From assembly GCF_058153355.1 (NCBI RefSeq), contig NZ_CM177019.1: 64,000 bases of DNA. One strand, written 5' to 3'. Shown one piece after another: positions 31,198 through 41,807 of the stretch (positions are counted from its first letter, which is position 1; every line of letters begins with the position of its first letter). A program made the translations under genes and the position numbers. The notes beneath the pieces were generated by a model. The model was not told where the DNA came from and made no database searches. It saw only the letters and a list, made by a program, of their open reading frames with translations.

Positions 31198-31328
31198 AGT
31201 AGGCATTACTTCTTAATAGTGAAAAGGGGTTAGATAGTACCAAATGGGAAAATGTTAAGTAAGTACTTCTCTATATTCTTCAGGTAAACTATCAGCTGAT
31301 GGTTTATCTATACAAAAAAGGAGTCGGG

Positions 31329-32438
31329 ATGAACGAACAATCCCAGGCCAAATCACCAGAAGCCTTGCGCGCAATGGTCGCCGGGACACTGGCCAATTTT
31401 CAGCACCCAACCCTGAAGCATAACCTCACCACGCTGAAAGCGTTGCACCATGTCGCCTGGATGGACGACACGTTGCATGTGGAACTGGTTATGCCGTTTG
31501 TCTGGCATAGCGCGTTCGAAGAGTTAAAAGAGCAATGTAGCGCCGAACTGCTGCGCATCACCGGGGCGAAAGCTATCGACTGGAAACTGTCGCACAATAT
31601 CGCCACCTTAAAACGCGTGAAGAATCAGCCGGGAATTAACGGCGTGAAGAACATCATTGCGGTCAGCTCCGGTAAAGGCGGCGTGGGTAAATCCTCCACG
31701 GCGGTAAATCTGGCGCTGGCACTGGCGGCGGAAGGGGCGAAAGTCGGCATTCTGGACGCCGATATCTACGGCCCATCAATACCCACCATGCTGGGCGCAG
31801 AAAATCAGCGTCCAACTTCGCCGGACGGTACCCATATGGCACCGATTATGTCTCATGGACTGGCAACCAATTCAATTGGTTATCTGGTCACTGACGACAA
31901 TGCGATGGTGTGGCGTGGTCCGATGGCGAGCAAGGCGTTAATGCAGATGTTGCAGGAAACCTTGTGGCCGGATCTCGACTATCTGGTGCTTGATATGCCG
32001 CCAGGCACCGGTGACATTCAATTGACACTGGCACAAAATATTCCAGTAACTGGCGCGGTAGTGGTCACCACCCCGCAGGACATTGCGTTGATCGATGCGA
32101 AAAAAGGCATTGTGATGTTCGAGAAAGTCGAGGTTCCGGTGCTCGGTATTGTCGAGAACATGAGTGTGCATATTTGCAGTAACTGTGGTCACCATGAACC
32201 GATTTTCGGTACCGGTGGTGCAGAGAAACTGGCCGAGAAATACCACACGCAGTTGCTGGGGCAGATGCCGTTACACATTTCCTTACGTGAAGATCTCGAT
32301 AAAGGCACGCCAACAGTTATCAGCCGTCCGGAGAGCGAATTTACTGCTATCTACCGCCAGCTGGCTGACCGCGTTGCAGCCCAGCTTTATTGGCAGGGAG
32401 AAGTCATTCCTGGCGAGATTTCCTTCCGCGCGGTCTGA
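31329..32438 (+). CDS. apbC: Fe-S cluster carrier ATPase ApbC (Mrp)
   Basis: 369 aa from MNEQSQAK; P-loop SGKGGVGKS; AAGGAG Shine-Dalgarno. Confidence 0.9.
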   Translation: MNEQSQAKSPEALRAMVAGTLANFQHPTLKHNLTTLKALHHVAWMDDTLHVELVMPFVWHSAFEELKEQCSAELLRITGAKAIDWKLSHNIATLKRVKNQPGINGVKNIIAVSSGKGGVGKSSTAVNLALALAAEGAKVGILDADIYGPSIPTMLGAENQRPTSPDGTHMAPIMSHGLATNSIGYLVTDDNAMVWRGPMASKALMQMLQETLWPDLDYLVLDMPPGTGDIQLTLAQNIPVTGAVVVTTPQDIALIDAKKGIVMFEKVEVPVLGIVENMSVHICSNCGHHEPIFGTGGAEKLAEKYHTQLLGQMPLHISLREDLDKGTPTVISRPESEFTAIYRQLADRVAAQLYWQGEVIPGEISFRAV

Positions 32439-32467
32439 CGCGCATTAACCTTTTTGGTTGTTTTTCA

Positions 32468-32509
32468 TACACCGCAGAGATGTTACATTGATGCGGTGTA
32501 TTTGTTTTT
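32468..32509 (+). terminator. apbC intrinsic terminator
   Basis: Hairpin tacaccgca ... tgcggtgta followed by tttgttttt. Confidence 0.55.
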
Positions 32510-32700
32510 GCCGCATTAATGAACACTTATTTAATGCTGCGAATATTCTGCGGACCTTCGTCCGAAACTCTATAAAGTCGATTGATCGTACAGGCAATGC
32601 TTCATTATCATCCTTCGTGGCTGTGTAGTGGATGTACAGCTATAGTTTGTTATGCACTCATTCTATCCAGGCATAACCTTTACTACAGGGATAACGTTCA

Positions 32701-32982
32701 ATGAATAAGTACTGGCTGTCAGGAATTATTTTTCTTGCCTATGGAATGGCTTCTCCCGCGTTCTCTTCACAGACTGCCACATTAACGATTAATGGCAGGA
32801 TCAGTCCCCCAACATGCAGTATGGCTATGGTTAATGGTCAACCTCAACAGCATTGTGGTCAGTTAACGTATGATGTTGATACCCGTCATCAGGTTTCTTC
32901 GCCAGTCAAAGGTGTGACGACAGAAGTGGTTGTTGCAGGTAGTGATAGCAAACGTCGAATCGTGTTAAATCGCTACGATTAA
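32701..32982 (+). CDS. yehE: Small secreted protein YehE
   Basis: 93 aa ORF with signal peptide, immediately upstream of the yeh fimbrial genes. Confidence 0.75.
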   Translation: MNKYWLSGIIFLAYGMASPAFSSQTATLTINGRISPPTCSMAMVNGQPQQHCGQLTYDVDTRHQVSSPVKGVTTEVVVAGSDSKRRIVLNRYD

Positions 32983-33013
32983 TTTGCCACCCTGGTTTTT
33001 TAAGCGGATTTAG

Positions 33014-33054
33014 AAAGCTGAAATCATTCGTGTGAATGATTTCAGCTTTTTTAT
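33014..33054 (+). terminator. Intrinsic terminator after yehE
   Basis: Hairpin agctgaaatcattc-gtgt-gaatgatttcagct followed by a T-run. Confidence 0.65.
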
Positions 33055-33277
33055 TGATATTAATAATACCATTTAAAAAAATCTGCATTAATTAATAGAT
33101 GTGATAAATATTTAATATGCTTAAGTATTTGTTGTATTTATATTGCAATAGTTAATTTGTTTTAAATCAATAAAACAATATGTTTACATTGCGGCAACTT
33201 TTTTGATGTGAGAAATTTGTTTCCAAGAGATACAGACTCTTAACAACCAAAAAATAAATTTTATTAAGGAACATATT

Positions 33278-33820
33278 ATGAAACGTTCAATTATTGCTGC
33301 CGCTGTCTTTTCTTCTTTTTTTATGAGCGCTGGGGTATTTGCCGCAGACGTTGATACCGGAACATTAACCATTAAAGGGAATATTGCAGAATCTCCGTGT
33401 AAATTCGAAGCGGGTGGCGATTCAGTAAGTATTAATATGCCAACTGTACCAACCACTGTCTTTGAAGGTAAAGCTAAATACTCGACCTATGATGATGCAG
33501 TCGGTGTAACCAGCAGCATGTTAAAAATTAGCTGTCCGAAAGAAGTTGCTGGTGTAAAACTCTCGTTGATTACCAACGATAAAATAACCGGAAACGATAA
33601 GGCGATAGCCAGTAGCAACGATACCGTGGGGTACTATCTCTATTTAGGTGATAACAGCGATGTCCTGGATGTTTCTGCGCCTTTTAACATTGAAAGTTAT
33701 AAAACAGCGGAAGGTCAATATGCCATTCCGTTTAAAGCGAAATATCTGAAACTGACAGATAACTCAGTGCAATCAGGTGATGTGTTATCTTCTCTGGTTA
33801 TGCGTGTGGCGCAGGATTAA
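33278..33820 (+). CDS. yehD: Fimbrial major subunit YehD
   Basis: 180 aa with signal peptide; AT-rich upstream region. Confidence 0.85.
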   Translation: MKRSIIAAAVFSSFFMSAGVFAADVDTGTLTIKGNIAESPCKFEAGGDSVSINMPTVPTTVFEGKAKYSTYDDAVGVTSSMLKISCPKEVAGVKLSLITNDKITGNDKAIASSNDTVGYYLYLGDNSDVLDVSAPFNIESYKTAEGQYAIPFKAKYLKLTDNSVQSGDVLSSLVMRVAQD

Positions 33821-33856
33821 TAAATAAAATTTCAAATTTCTCCAGGTAATAAACAT

Positions 33857-33884
33857 GGCCGCTATCCCCATGGCGGCCTTTTAA
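33857..33884 (+). terminator. Stem-loop between fimbrial subunit and chaperone genes (partial terminator)
   Basis: GC stem ggccgc/gcggcc followed by ttttaattt. Confidence 0.4.
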
Positions 33885-33900
33885 TTTAAGAGGCATTAAG

Positions 33901-34575
33901 ATGAAAGGATTATTAGCTTTACTTATTTCTTCTATGGTCCTTCCTGCGCATGCCGGAATTGTTATCTACGGGACGCGCATTATTTACCCGGCAGAAAATA
34001 AAGAAGTGATGGTGCAGTTGATGAACCAGGGAAACCGTTCTTCGCTGCTGCAGGCGTGGATTGATGATGGCGATACGTCGTTACCACCAGAAAAAATTCA
34101 GGTTCCTTTCATGTTAACGCCACCAGTGGCAAAAATAGGGGCAAATTCCGGGCAGCAAGTAAAAATCAAAATTATGTCGAATAAACTGCCCACTAATAAA
34201 GAGAGCATTTTTTATCTGAATGTTCTGGATATTCCACCAAATAGTCCAGAGCAAGAGGGCAAGAATGCACTGAAATTTGCAATGCAAAACAGAATCAAAT
34301 TGTTTTACCGGCCTGCGGGTATTGCACCGGTAAATAAAGCGACATTTAAAAAGTTACTGGTAAATCGCAGTGGCAATGGATTGGTGATAAAAAATGACTC
34401 AGCAAATTGGGTAACGATTTCGGATGTCAAAGCTAATAATGTTAAAGTCAATTATGAAATTATCATGATTGCACCATTGGAAAGTCAGAGTGTTAATGTC
34501 AAAACTAATAATGCGAATAGCTGGCATCTGACCATTATCGATGACCATGGCAACTATATTAGTGACAAAATTTAA
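33901..34575 (+). CDS. yehC: Periplasmic pilus chaperone YehC
   Basis: 224 aa with signal peptide; position between major subunit and usher. Confidence 0.85.
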   Translation: MKGLLALLISSMVLPAHAGIVIYGTRIIYPAENKEVMVQLMNQGNRSSLLQAWIDDGDTSLPPEKIQVPFMLTPPVAKIGANSGQQVKIKIMSNKLPTNKESIFYLNVLDIPPNSPEQEGKNALKFAMQNRIKLFYRPAGIAPVNKATFKKLLVNRSGNGLVIKNDSANWVTISDVKANNVKVNYEIIMIAPLESQSVNVKTNNANSWHLTIIDDHGNYISDKI

Positions 34576-34590
34576 TTGCAGGAGCTACCT

Positions 34591-37071
34591 ATGTTGAGAA
34601 TGACCCCACTTGCATCAGCAATCGTAGCGTTATTGCTTGGCATTGAAGCTTATGCGGCTGAAGAAACTTTTGATACTCATTTTATGATAGGTGGAATGAA
34701 AGACCAGCAGGTTGCAAATATTCGTCTTGATGATAATCAACCCTTGCCAGGGCAGTATGAAATCGATATTTATGTCAATAAGCAATGGCGAGGGAAATAC
34801 GAGGTTATCGTTAAAGATAATCACGAAGAAACATGCCTGGAAAGGGAAATTATAAAGCGATTGGGTTTTAATACCGATAACTTTGCCAGCGGTAAGCAAT
34901 GTTTAACATTTGAGCAACTTGTTCACGGTGGGAGCTATACCTGGGATATCGGAGTTTTTCGTCTCGATTTCAGTGTACCGCAGGCGTGGGTGGAAGAACT
35001 GGAAAGTGGCTATGTTCCACCGGAAAACTGGGAGCGGGGTATTAATGCGTTTTATACCTCTTATTATGTGAGTCAGTATTACAGCGACTATAAAGCGTCG
35101 GGTAATAGCAAGAGTACATATGTACGTTTTAACAGCGGGTTAAACTTACTGGGGTGGCAACTGCATTCTGATGCCAGTTTAAGTAAAACAAATAGCAATC
35201 CAGGGGTGTGGAAAAGCAATACCCTGTATCTGGAACGTGGATTTGCCCAACTTCTCGGCACGCTTCGCGTGGGTGATATGTACACATCAAGCGATATTTT
35301 TGATTCTGTTCGCTTCAGCGGTGTGCGGTTGTTTCGTGATATGCAGATGTTGCCTAACTCGAAACAAAATTTTACTCCACGGGTGCAGGGGATTGCTCAG
35401 AGTAACGCGCTGGTAACTATTGAACAGAACGGTTTTGTGGTTTATCAGAAAGAGGTTCCTCCTGGCCCGTTTGCGATTACAGATTTGCAGTTGGCCGGTG
35501 GTGGAGCAGATCTTGATGTCAGCGTGAAAGAGGCGGACGGTTCGGTAACCACCTATCTGGTGCCTTATGCAGCAGTGCCGAATATGCTGCAACCCGGCGT
35601 GTCGAAATATGATTTTGCGGCAGGTCGTAGCCATATTGAAGGGGCGAGCAAACAAAGTGATTTTGTTCAGGCGGGTTATCAGTATGGTTTTAATAACTTA
35701 TTGACGCTGTATGGCGGATCGATGGTCGCGAATAATTATTACGCGTTCACTTTGGGGACTGGCTGGAATACACGCATTGGTGCCATTTCCGTCGATGCCA
35801 CGAAGTCGCATAGTAAACAAGACAACGGCGATGTGTTTGACGGGCAAAGTTATCAAATTGCCTACAACAAATTTGTGAGCCAAACGTCGACGCGTTTTGG
35901 TCTGGCGGCCTGGCGTTATTCGTCGCGTGATTACCGGACATTTAACGATCACGTTTGGGCAAACAATAAAGATAATTATCGCCGTGATGAAAACGATATC
36001 TATGACATTGCCGATTATTACCAGAACGATTTTGGCCGTAAAAATAGCTTTTCTGCCAATATGAGCCAGTCATTGCCAGAAGGCTGGGGTTCTGTGTCTT
36101 TAAGTACGTTATGGCGAGATTACTGGGGGCGTAGCGGCAGCAGTAAGGATTATCAGTTGAGTTATTCCAACAACCTGCGACGGATAAGCTATACCCTCGC
36201 GGCAAGCCAGGCTTATGACGAGAATCATCATGAAGAGAAACGTTTTAATATTTTTATATCGATTCCCTTTGATTGGGGTGATGACGTTACGACGCCTCGT
36301 CGGCAAATATATATGTCTAACTCAACGACGTTTGATGATCAGGGTTTTGCCTCAAATAATACGGGATTATCGGGAACCTTTGGAAGCCGGGATCAATTTA
36401 ACTATGGGGTCAACCTGAGTCATCAGCATCAGGGAAATGAAACGACAGCTGGAGCGAATTTAACCTGGAACGCGCCGGTTGCGACAGTGAATGGCAGTTA
36501 TAGTCAGTCGAGTGCTTATCGACAAGCTGGAGCCAGTATTTCAGGGGGCATTGTCGCCTGGTCGGGTGGCGTTAATCTGGCGAACCGTCTTTCCGAAACG
36601 TTTGCTGTAATGAACGCACCTGGAATTAAAGATGCTTATGTCAATGGGCAAAAATATCGTACAACAAATCGTAATGGAGTGGTGGTATACGACGGAATGA
36701 CACCTTATCGGGAAAATCACCTGATGCTGGATGTGTCGCAAAGCGATAGTGAAACAGAATTACGTGGTAACCGGAAAATTGCCGCACCTTATCGCGGCGC
36801 GGTCGTACTGGTTAATTTTGATACCGATCAGCGCAAGCCCTGGTTTATAAAAGCGTTAAGAGCGGATGGGCAACCATTAACGTTTGGTTATGAAGTCAAT
36901 GATATCCACGGTCACAATATTGGTGTTGTCGGTCAGGGAAGCCAGTTATTTATTCGCACTAATGATGTACCGCCATCGGTTAATGTGGCAATTGATAAAC
37001 AACAAGGGCTCTCATGCACAATCACCTTCGGTAAAGAGATTGATGAAAATAGGAACTATATTTGCCAGTAA
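34591..37071 (+). CDS. yehB: Outer membrane fimbrial usher YehB
   Basis: 826 aa from MLRMTPLASAIV; ORF track starts 15 bp upstream. Confidence 0.85.
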   Translation: MLRMTPLASAIVALLLGIEAYAAEETFDTHFMIGGMKDQQVANIRLDDNQPLPGQYEIDIYVNKQWRGKYEVIVKDNHEETCLEREIIKRLGFNTDNFASGKQCLTFEQLVHGGSYTWDIGVFRLDFSVPQAWVEELESGYVPPENWERGINAFYTSYYVSQYYSDYKASGNSKSTYVRFNSGLNLLGWQLHSDASLSKTNSNPGVWKSNTLYLERGFAQLLGTLRVGDMYTSSDIFDSVRFSGVRLFRDMQMLPNSKQNFTPRVQGIAQSNALVTIEQNGFVVYQKEVPPGPFAITDLQLAGGGADLDVSVKEADGSVTTYLVPYAAVPNMLQPGVSKYDFAAGRSHIEGASKQSDFVQAGYQYGFNNLLTLYGGSMVANNYYAFTLGTGWNTRIGAISVDATKSHSKQDNGDVFDGQSYQIAYNKFVSQTSTRFGLAAWRYSSRDYRTFNDHVWANNKDNYRRDENDIYDIADYYQNDFGRKNSFSANMSQSLPEGWGSVSLSTLWRDYWGRSGSSKDYQLSYSNNLRRISYTLAASQAYDENHHEEKRFNIFISIPFDWGDDVTTPRRQIYMSNSTTFDDQGFASNNTGLSGTFGSRDQFNYGVNLSHQHQGNETTAGANLTWNAPVATVNGSYSQSSAYRQAGASISGGIVAWSGGVNLANRLSETFAVMNAPGIKDAYVNGQKYRTTNRNGVVVYDGMTPYRENHLMLDVSQSDSETELRGNRKIAAPYRGAVVLVNFDTDQRKPWFIKALRADGQPLTFGYEVNDIHGHNIGVVGQGSQLFIRTNDVPPSVNVAIDKQQGLSCTITFGKEIDENRNYICQ

Positions 37072-37086
37072 TAATCGGGTGGCTCT

Positions 37087-38121
37087 ATGAAAATTCGCAT
37101 AATGTTATTTATATTAATTATGATGGTAATGCCTGTGAGTTATGCAGCATGTTATGGAGAGTTATCTGCCCAGCATAATTTTGCTGTTCAGGGGGATTTT
37201 GCACTTACTCAAACACAAATGGCAACATATGAGCATAATTTTAATGATTCGTCATGCGTGAGTACAAATACTATCACCCCTATGAGCCCGTCGGATATTA
37301 TTGTTGGACTTTATAACGATACCATTAAATTAAATTTACATTTTGAATGGATCAATAAAAACAACATCACGTTGTCAAATAATCAGACCAGTTTCACCAA
37401 TGGTTATTCGGTAACGGTGACACCTGCGGCCAGTAATGCAAAAGTGAATGTTTCTGCGGGGGGCGGCGGTTCAGTGATGATTAATGGTGTTGCGACATTA
37501 TCCAGTGCTTCATCATCGACACGCGGGAGTGCTGCAGTACAATTTTTACTGTGTTTATTCGGTGGCAAGTCATGGGATGCATGTGTAAATAGCTACAGAA
37601 ATGCATTGGCACAAAATGCAGGTGTCTATTCCTTTAATCTGACATTGTCATACAACCCGATAACCACAACCTGCAAACCGGACGATTTATTAATTACTTT
37701 AGAGAGTATTCCCGTTTCACAATTACCAGCTACAGGTAACAAAGCAACAATAAATAGTAACAAAGGGGATATTGTTCTGCGTTGTAAAAACTTATTAGGT
37801 CAACAAAATCAAACATCACGGAAAATGCAGGTGTATTTATCAAGTTCTGACTTGTTAACCAACAGCAACACAATACTGAAAGGTGCGGAAGATAATGGCG
37901 TAGGATTTATTCTTGAAAGTAATGGTTCTCCAGTCACACTTTTAAATATCACTAACAGCAGTAAAGAATACACAAATTTAAAAGAAATTGCGGCAAAGTC
38001 AAAACTTACAGATACAACGGTTTCAATTCCGATAACTGCCAGTTACTACGTCTACGATACAAATAAAATTAAATCTGGCGCACTGGAGGCAACCGCATTA
38101 ATCAACGTGAAATACGACTAA
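37087..38121 (+). CDS. yehA: Fimbrial adhesin-like protein YehA
   Basis: 344 aa with signal peptide; last gene of the yehDCBA array. Confidence 0.8.
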   Translation: MKIRIMLFILIMMVMPVSYAACYGELSAQHNFAVQGDFALTQTQMATYEHNFNDSSCVSTNTITPMSPSDIIVGLYNDTIKLNLHFEWINKNNITLSNNQTSFTNGYSVTVTPAASNAKVNVSAGGGGSVMINGVATLSSASSSTRGSAAVQFLLCLFGGKSWDACVNSYRNALAQNAGVYSFNLTLSYNPITTTCKPDDLLITLESIPVSQLPATGNKATINSNKGDIVLRCKNLLGQQNQTSRKMQVYLSSSDLLTNSNTILKGAEDNGVGFILESNGSPVTLLNITNSSKEYTNLKEIAAKSKLTDTTVSIPITASYYVYDTNKIKSGALEATALINVKYD

Positions 38122-38176
38122 TAACAAGCAAGACGAGCAAGTGGCTAATAATAAAAAATAACAAGGTGTCTGCATT

Positions 38177-38204
38177 TCCCCCTCATGATGAGGGGGCTTT
38201 TTTT
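38177..38204. terminator. Bidirectional terminator between yehA and rcnB
   Basis: Hairpin ccccctca-tga-tgaggggg with T-run on the plus side and A-run on the other. Confidence 0.65.
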
Positions 38205-38541
38205 AGCGATGATAAAAAATCTCACCATCGTAGGCTTTAATGATTTTACCGTCGGTGTCGCTGATCAACACGTACGCGCCACCCATATAGGTCCAGTGCG
38301 TCCCGGCATCAGGCGCGGGCAGGTTACGTAACTGCCACTGCTTAATGTTGTACTCATCGGTGCGGTACATCTCTGGGACGGTATCGCCTGGTTTGAAATG
38401 CTTAAAGTCAGCAATGAAACTGCTTAACTCATACTTAGAAATTCCCGAGGTATTGGTCGAACCCGCGGTGGCTGGTGCGGCCCAGGCGGCACTGGTAACC
38501 AGCAAAAGCACACCCAGCAACATCTTATTTTTAATGGTCAT
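38203..38541 (-). CDS. rcnB: Periplasmic Ni/Co homeostasis protein RcnB (YohN)
   Basis: 112 aa from MTIKNKMLLGVLLLVTSAAWA; ORF track extends a further 60 codons upstream. Confidence 0.85.
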   Translation of the reverse strand: MTIKNKMLLGVLLLVTSAAWAAPATAGSTNTSGISKYELSSFIADFKHFKPGDTVPEMYRTDEYNIKQWQLRNLPAPDAGTHWTYMGGAYVLISDTDGKIIKAYDGEIFYHR

Positions 38542-38654
38542 AAACTCTCCACTTTGGGGATCTGTAATATCAGTCGCATATCTTTCCTGCCATACAATAT
38601 AACTGACAAGCGATATTTTGTTAGTGATCCCATGATTTCGTAAAAAGTGTAAAT

Positions 38655-38682
38655 GAAAGGATGCCCTAAAAGCATCCTTAGC
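38655..38682 (-). terminator. Probable rcnA terminator hairpin
   Basis: aaggatgc-cctaaaa-gcatcctt; downstream T-run on the minus strand is weak. Confidence 0.35.
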
Positions 38683-38759
38683 GAGCAGAGAGCCAGCGGA
38701 AATAGCTGATTTAAGAATCATCCTGGGCTGAAGATAACATGCAAGCCTAAAGGATTGAG

Positions 38760-39581
38760 TTATCGCATTATGCCCATAAAGCCATGTACGCCCATATACA
38801 CACCAACTAAGCCAATCAACAGACTGGAAAAATAGGGGGCGCGTTTAGCGAGAGTGTTAAATCCGCTCCAGCGTTTTGCGACCTGCTGAACGCTGATTGC
38901 TGCGCCAATGCCTACGGTGACCAGCGTTAACGCAAGGCCAATGCTGAAACTGACGACCAGTGTTGCGCCCAGTGTCAGGGCTTTCAACTGAATGCAAATC
39001 AACAGCACGGTAATTGCTGCCGGGCAGGGGATAAGGCCACCGGTTAAGCCAAATAACAAAATTTGCCAGTTGGTGACCTCTCTACCATCGAAGCGTCGTT
39101 TAATGTCATTGGCATGGGCTCGTGCATGAGCATCCTGATACTCCCCATGTTCGTGATGGTGATGATGTCCATGGTCGTGGTGATCTTCGTGATCGTGATG
39201 ATACTCATGATCATGCCCGTGCATATTCTCCAGCCAGTTGCGTTCGCCGCGCCAGGTACGCCAGAACATCCAGAACGCGGTGCCAATAATGATCACCGCG
39301 GAAATCAACTGGAGCCACGGTTCTGCAGATTGAGCAGTAAAACGTTTGCTGATCACCATCCCGCCAAAGGCAATCAACCAGACCACCGCGGTATGCGAAA
39401 TGGTTGCTGCCAGTCCGAGCATCACCGCCTGTTTAATGGTGCCTTTGATGGCGATGATAAACGCCGCCATCATCGTTTTTGAGTGCCCTGGTTCCAGGCC
39501 ATGAAGCGCACCAAGTAAGATGGCGCTGGGGATGAAGAACCAGGCATTTCCTTGCTGAAGAAGAGTGGTAAATTCGGTCAT
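38760..39581 (-). CDS. rcnA: Nickel/cobalt efflux protein RcnA (YohM)
   Basis: 273 aa membrane protein with His-rich loop HGHDHEYHHDHEDHHDHGHHHHHEHGE. Confidence 0.9.
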   Translation of the reverse strand: MTEFTTLLQQGNAWFFIPSAILLGALHGLEPGHSKTMMAAFIIAIKGTIKQAVMLGLAATISHTAVVWLIAFGGMVISKRFTAQSAEPWLQLISAVIIIGTAFWMFWRTWRGERNWLENMHGHDHEYHHDHEDHHDHGHHHHHEHGEYQDAHARAHANDIKRRFDGREVTNWQILLFGLTGGLIPCPAAITVLLICIQLKALTLGATLVVSFSIGLALTLVTVGIGAAISVQQVAKRWSGFNTLAKRAPYFSSLLIGLVGVYMGVHGFMGIMR

Positions 39582-39618
39582 GATAATAATTCTTAGTATT
39601 AATTCGGCAATCCGATTC

Positions 39619-39652
39619 TACTCCCCCCCAGTACCTGATACTACCCCCAGTA
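39619..39652. promoter_or_regulatory. Two RcnR operator sites in the rcnA-rcnR divergent region
   Basis: TACT-C7-AGTA at ~39619..39633 and TACT-ACCCCC-AGTA at ~39639..39652. Confidence 0.7.
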
Positions 39653-39700
39653 GAATAATAGTGCTATGATTTTTCATGTTCTTGTTAACCAGGTGTTGCC

Positions 39701-39973
39701 ATGTCTCATACAATCCGTGATAAACAGAAACTGAAAGCGCGTGCCAGTAAGATTCAGGGCCAGGTCGTGGCGCTCAAGAAAATGCTCGACGAGCCGCACG
39801 AATGCGCAGCTGTTCTACAACAGATTGCTGCTATCCGTGGCGCGGTAAACGGCCTGATGCGCGAAGTGATTAAGGGGCATCTGACGGAACACATCGTTCA
39901 CCAGGGGGATGAGCTAAAACGTGAAGAAGATCTGGATGTCGTTCTGAAGGTGCTGGATTCTTATATCAAATGA
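39701..39973 (+). CDS. rcnR: Ni/Co-responsive repressor RcnR (YohL)
   Basis: 90 aa, [22 protein letters not shown]... Confidence 0.9.
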
Positions 39974-40082
39974 AAGTGCCTAATATGGCCGTAGTTGAGG
40001 CAATAAATAGAGGGACAAGTGACGTTAAGCTGAATTAGAGTAAATGGCGTGAGGACACACGCCATTCGAGGATATAGTTTGA

Positions 40083-40397
40083 TTAATTTTCGAAAAATTG
40101 CTTCACAGCCCAGCCACCATGACCACCTGGAGTTATGAATGAAACAAAACCTTTGTCATCGACGCTCTGGATTTCTACTGTCATTGATTCATCTAACACG
40201 CGACATTTATTGGATGTAATGAGACTCAGCATAGCCTGTTGGTCATTGTCCTGGATGTAACTGATCATCTCGTAAAAGTCAGTTAACTTTTTACAGTTAA
40301 ATGTACCTTCTTTAAGTGTTGCGCTGTCTCCGTGACTTAGTGCGAATGCATTTGGCATCATTGCCACAAAGATGACGGTAACGAGTAGTTTTTTCAT
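40083..40397 (-). CDS. Hypothetical small secreted protein (104 aa, two Cys in mature part)
   Basis: Signal peptide MKKLLVTVIFVAMMPNAFA; low-GC island; no family recognised. Confidence 0.55.
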   Translation of the reverse strand: MKKLLVTVIFVAMMPNAFALSHGDSATLKEGTFNCKKLTDFYEMISYIQDNDQQAMLSLITSNKCRVLDESMTVEIQSVDDKGFVSFITPGGHGGWAVKQFFEN

Positions 40398-40406
40398 TGT
40401 AGCCTC

Positions 40407-40754
40407 TTATAATTCAGAACATTCACTGATGTTGTAAGTGCCTTTTCTACCATCATCGTTTACGAGATGTAGCACGAAGATGATGGGATTGGCATCAATG
40501 AAAGATACAGAGACGTTCCCGCTTTCGGTGCTATACATCTTTGCAATCTGTTTTTCACCAATATATGAAAGATCCCAACTCACTCCGTTCAAGCTAAAAT
40601 GCATCTGTTTGCCGTCAATATCGATGGAGGATTGTGCCGTAACGGTTTTCCCATTGCTGCCAATTTGACCCTGCTGAAGAGCATCACATTTATAGGAGCT
40701 TGCATAAGTAAATAGAGGTAGTAGCAGAAGTGCAGCAAAAATTTTACTCTTCAT
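40407..40754 (-). CDS. Hypothetical small secreted protein (115 aa, Cys near both ends of mature part)
   Basis: Signal peptide MKSKIFAALLLLPLFTYA; 9 bp upstream of the 104-aa ORF on the same strand. Confidence 0.55.
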   Translation of the reverse strand: MKSKIFAALLLLPLFTYASSYKCDALQQGQIGSNGKTVTAQSSIDIDGKQMHFSLNGVSWDLSYIGEKQIAKMYSTESGNVSVSFIDANPIIFVLHLVNDDGRKGTYNISECSEL

Positions 40755-41807
40755 ATTTTCCCTTTGCTTGGATTTGAGTTACCTATTTTGGGGTAGTCAT
40801 TATAAAACTATTAATTAGTAAAATGAACAAGTTTTCATTTGTTTAGTAATGGTATTGTTTAGGTTTGAAATTATTACGTACTTTCATAGCAATAGGTTGG
40901 ATAAACAGCAGTTCAGAGAACAAGTTGCACTATCTACATACTTTCCCGCTTTCCATTGTATGTTAGGTAATAGATAGCCTTTGCCCGTAAGACTAAAAAT
41001 ATTAGAAATGACTCATTCGAATACCTTCTATTCACCTTAATATAGGTTTGATTATTGTAATCGTTTAATGTGTCTTATGGATTTTTTCCTACTTTTCATT
41101 TGCATAATATAGGGGGCACAGCATGCTCTTGAAATTAATTATTAAGATATTTAAATTTTACAGCACACAACTACTTTTCGTTGTCTTATGTGTTGAACGT
41201 ACTTCGAGTATAGGTAGGGTTGTATATATATTGCGTGGGTAGAGTTAGAATAGAGGAGGCATCATTTATAGAATATTCAAGAACGTTAACCTGTGATCAA
41301 TAAATAAAAATATCAAATGGTGTTCAAACATATTTTTCTATGAAAAATCCAGCCATCTATGATGAATTTTTAGATCCATTTTAATTAAAGTATGATTATG
41401 AACCAATATTTAGCCAAGAATGGTGGTATAGCGCGTATCCAATGACACCGGAAAACGCATCTATGAAGTCCTTGTTTATCTCTATAAGAGGAAATCAACA
41501 CTAATAAAATATAGTGATGTAACACATCGAGCAGGTTGCTCTGATGCTGGTCTTCAACTGTGGCTTAAACAGCTATCAAACTTCGGTGTTATTGAGATGA
41601 AAGAATTATCTTTCTCAACTTTCAATCTCAAAAAGCTAGAGGAAATAGACCTTAATTATTCCACTCTCTAAACTTATCTCTTTATTTAAAGTAAAAATGA
41701 AAATATTATGGTATCAGCTACGTGGTGGTAACTGGTGTTTATGATCATAGGTACACATATACAGGGAACCCTGGAAAACAAAAGTAATATATTGATGATT
41801 TCGTTTG

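Noticed and set aside
39120-39210. Repetitive cat/gat-rich DNA that resembles a simple-sequence repeat
   Set aside because: It encodes the His/Asp-rich metal-binding loop of RcnA in-frame.
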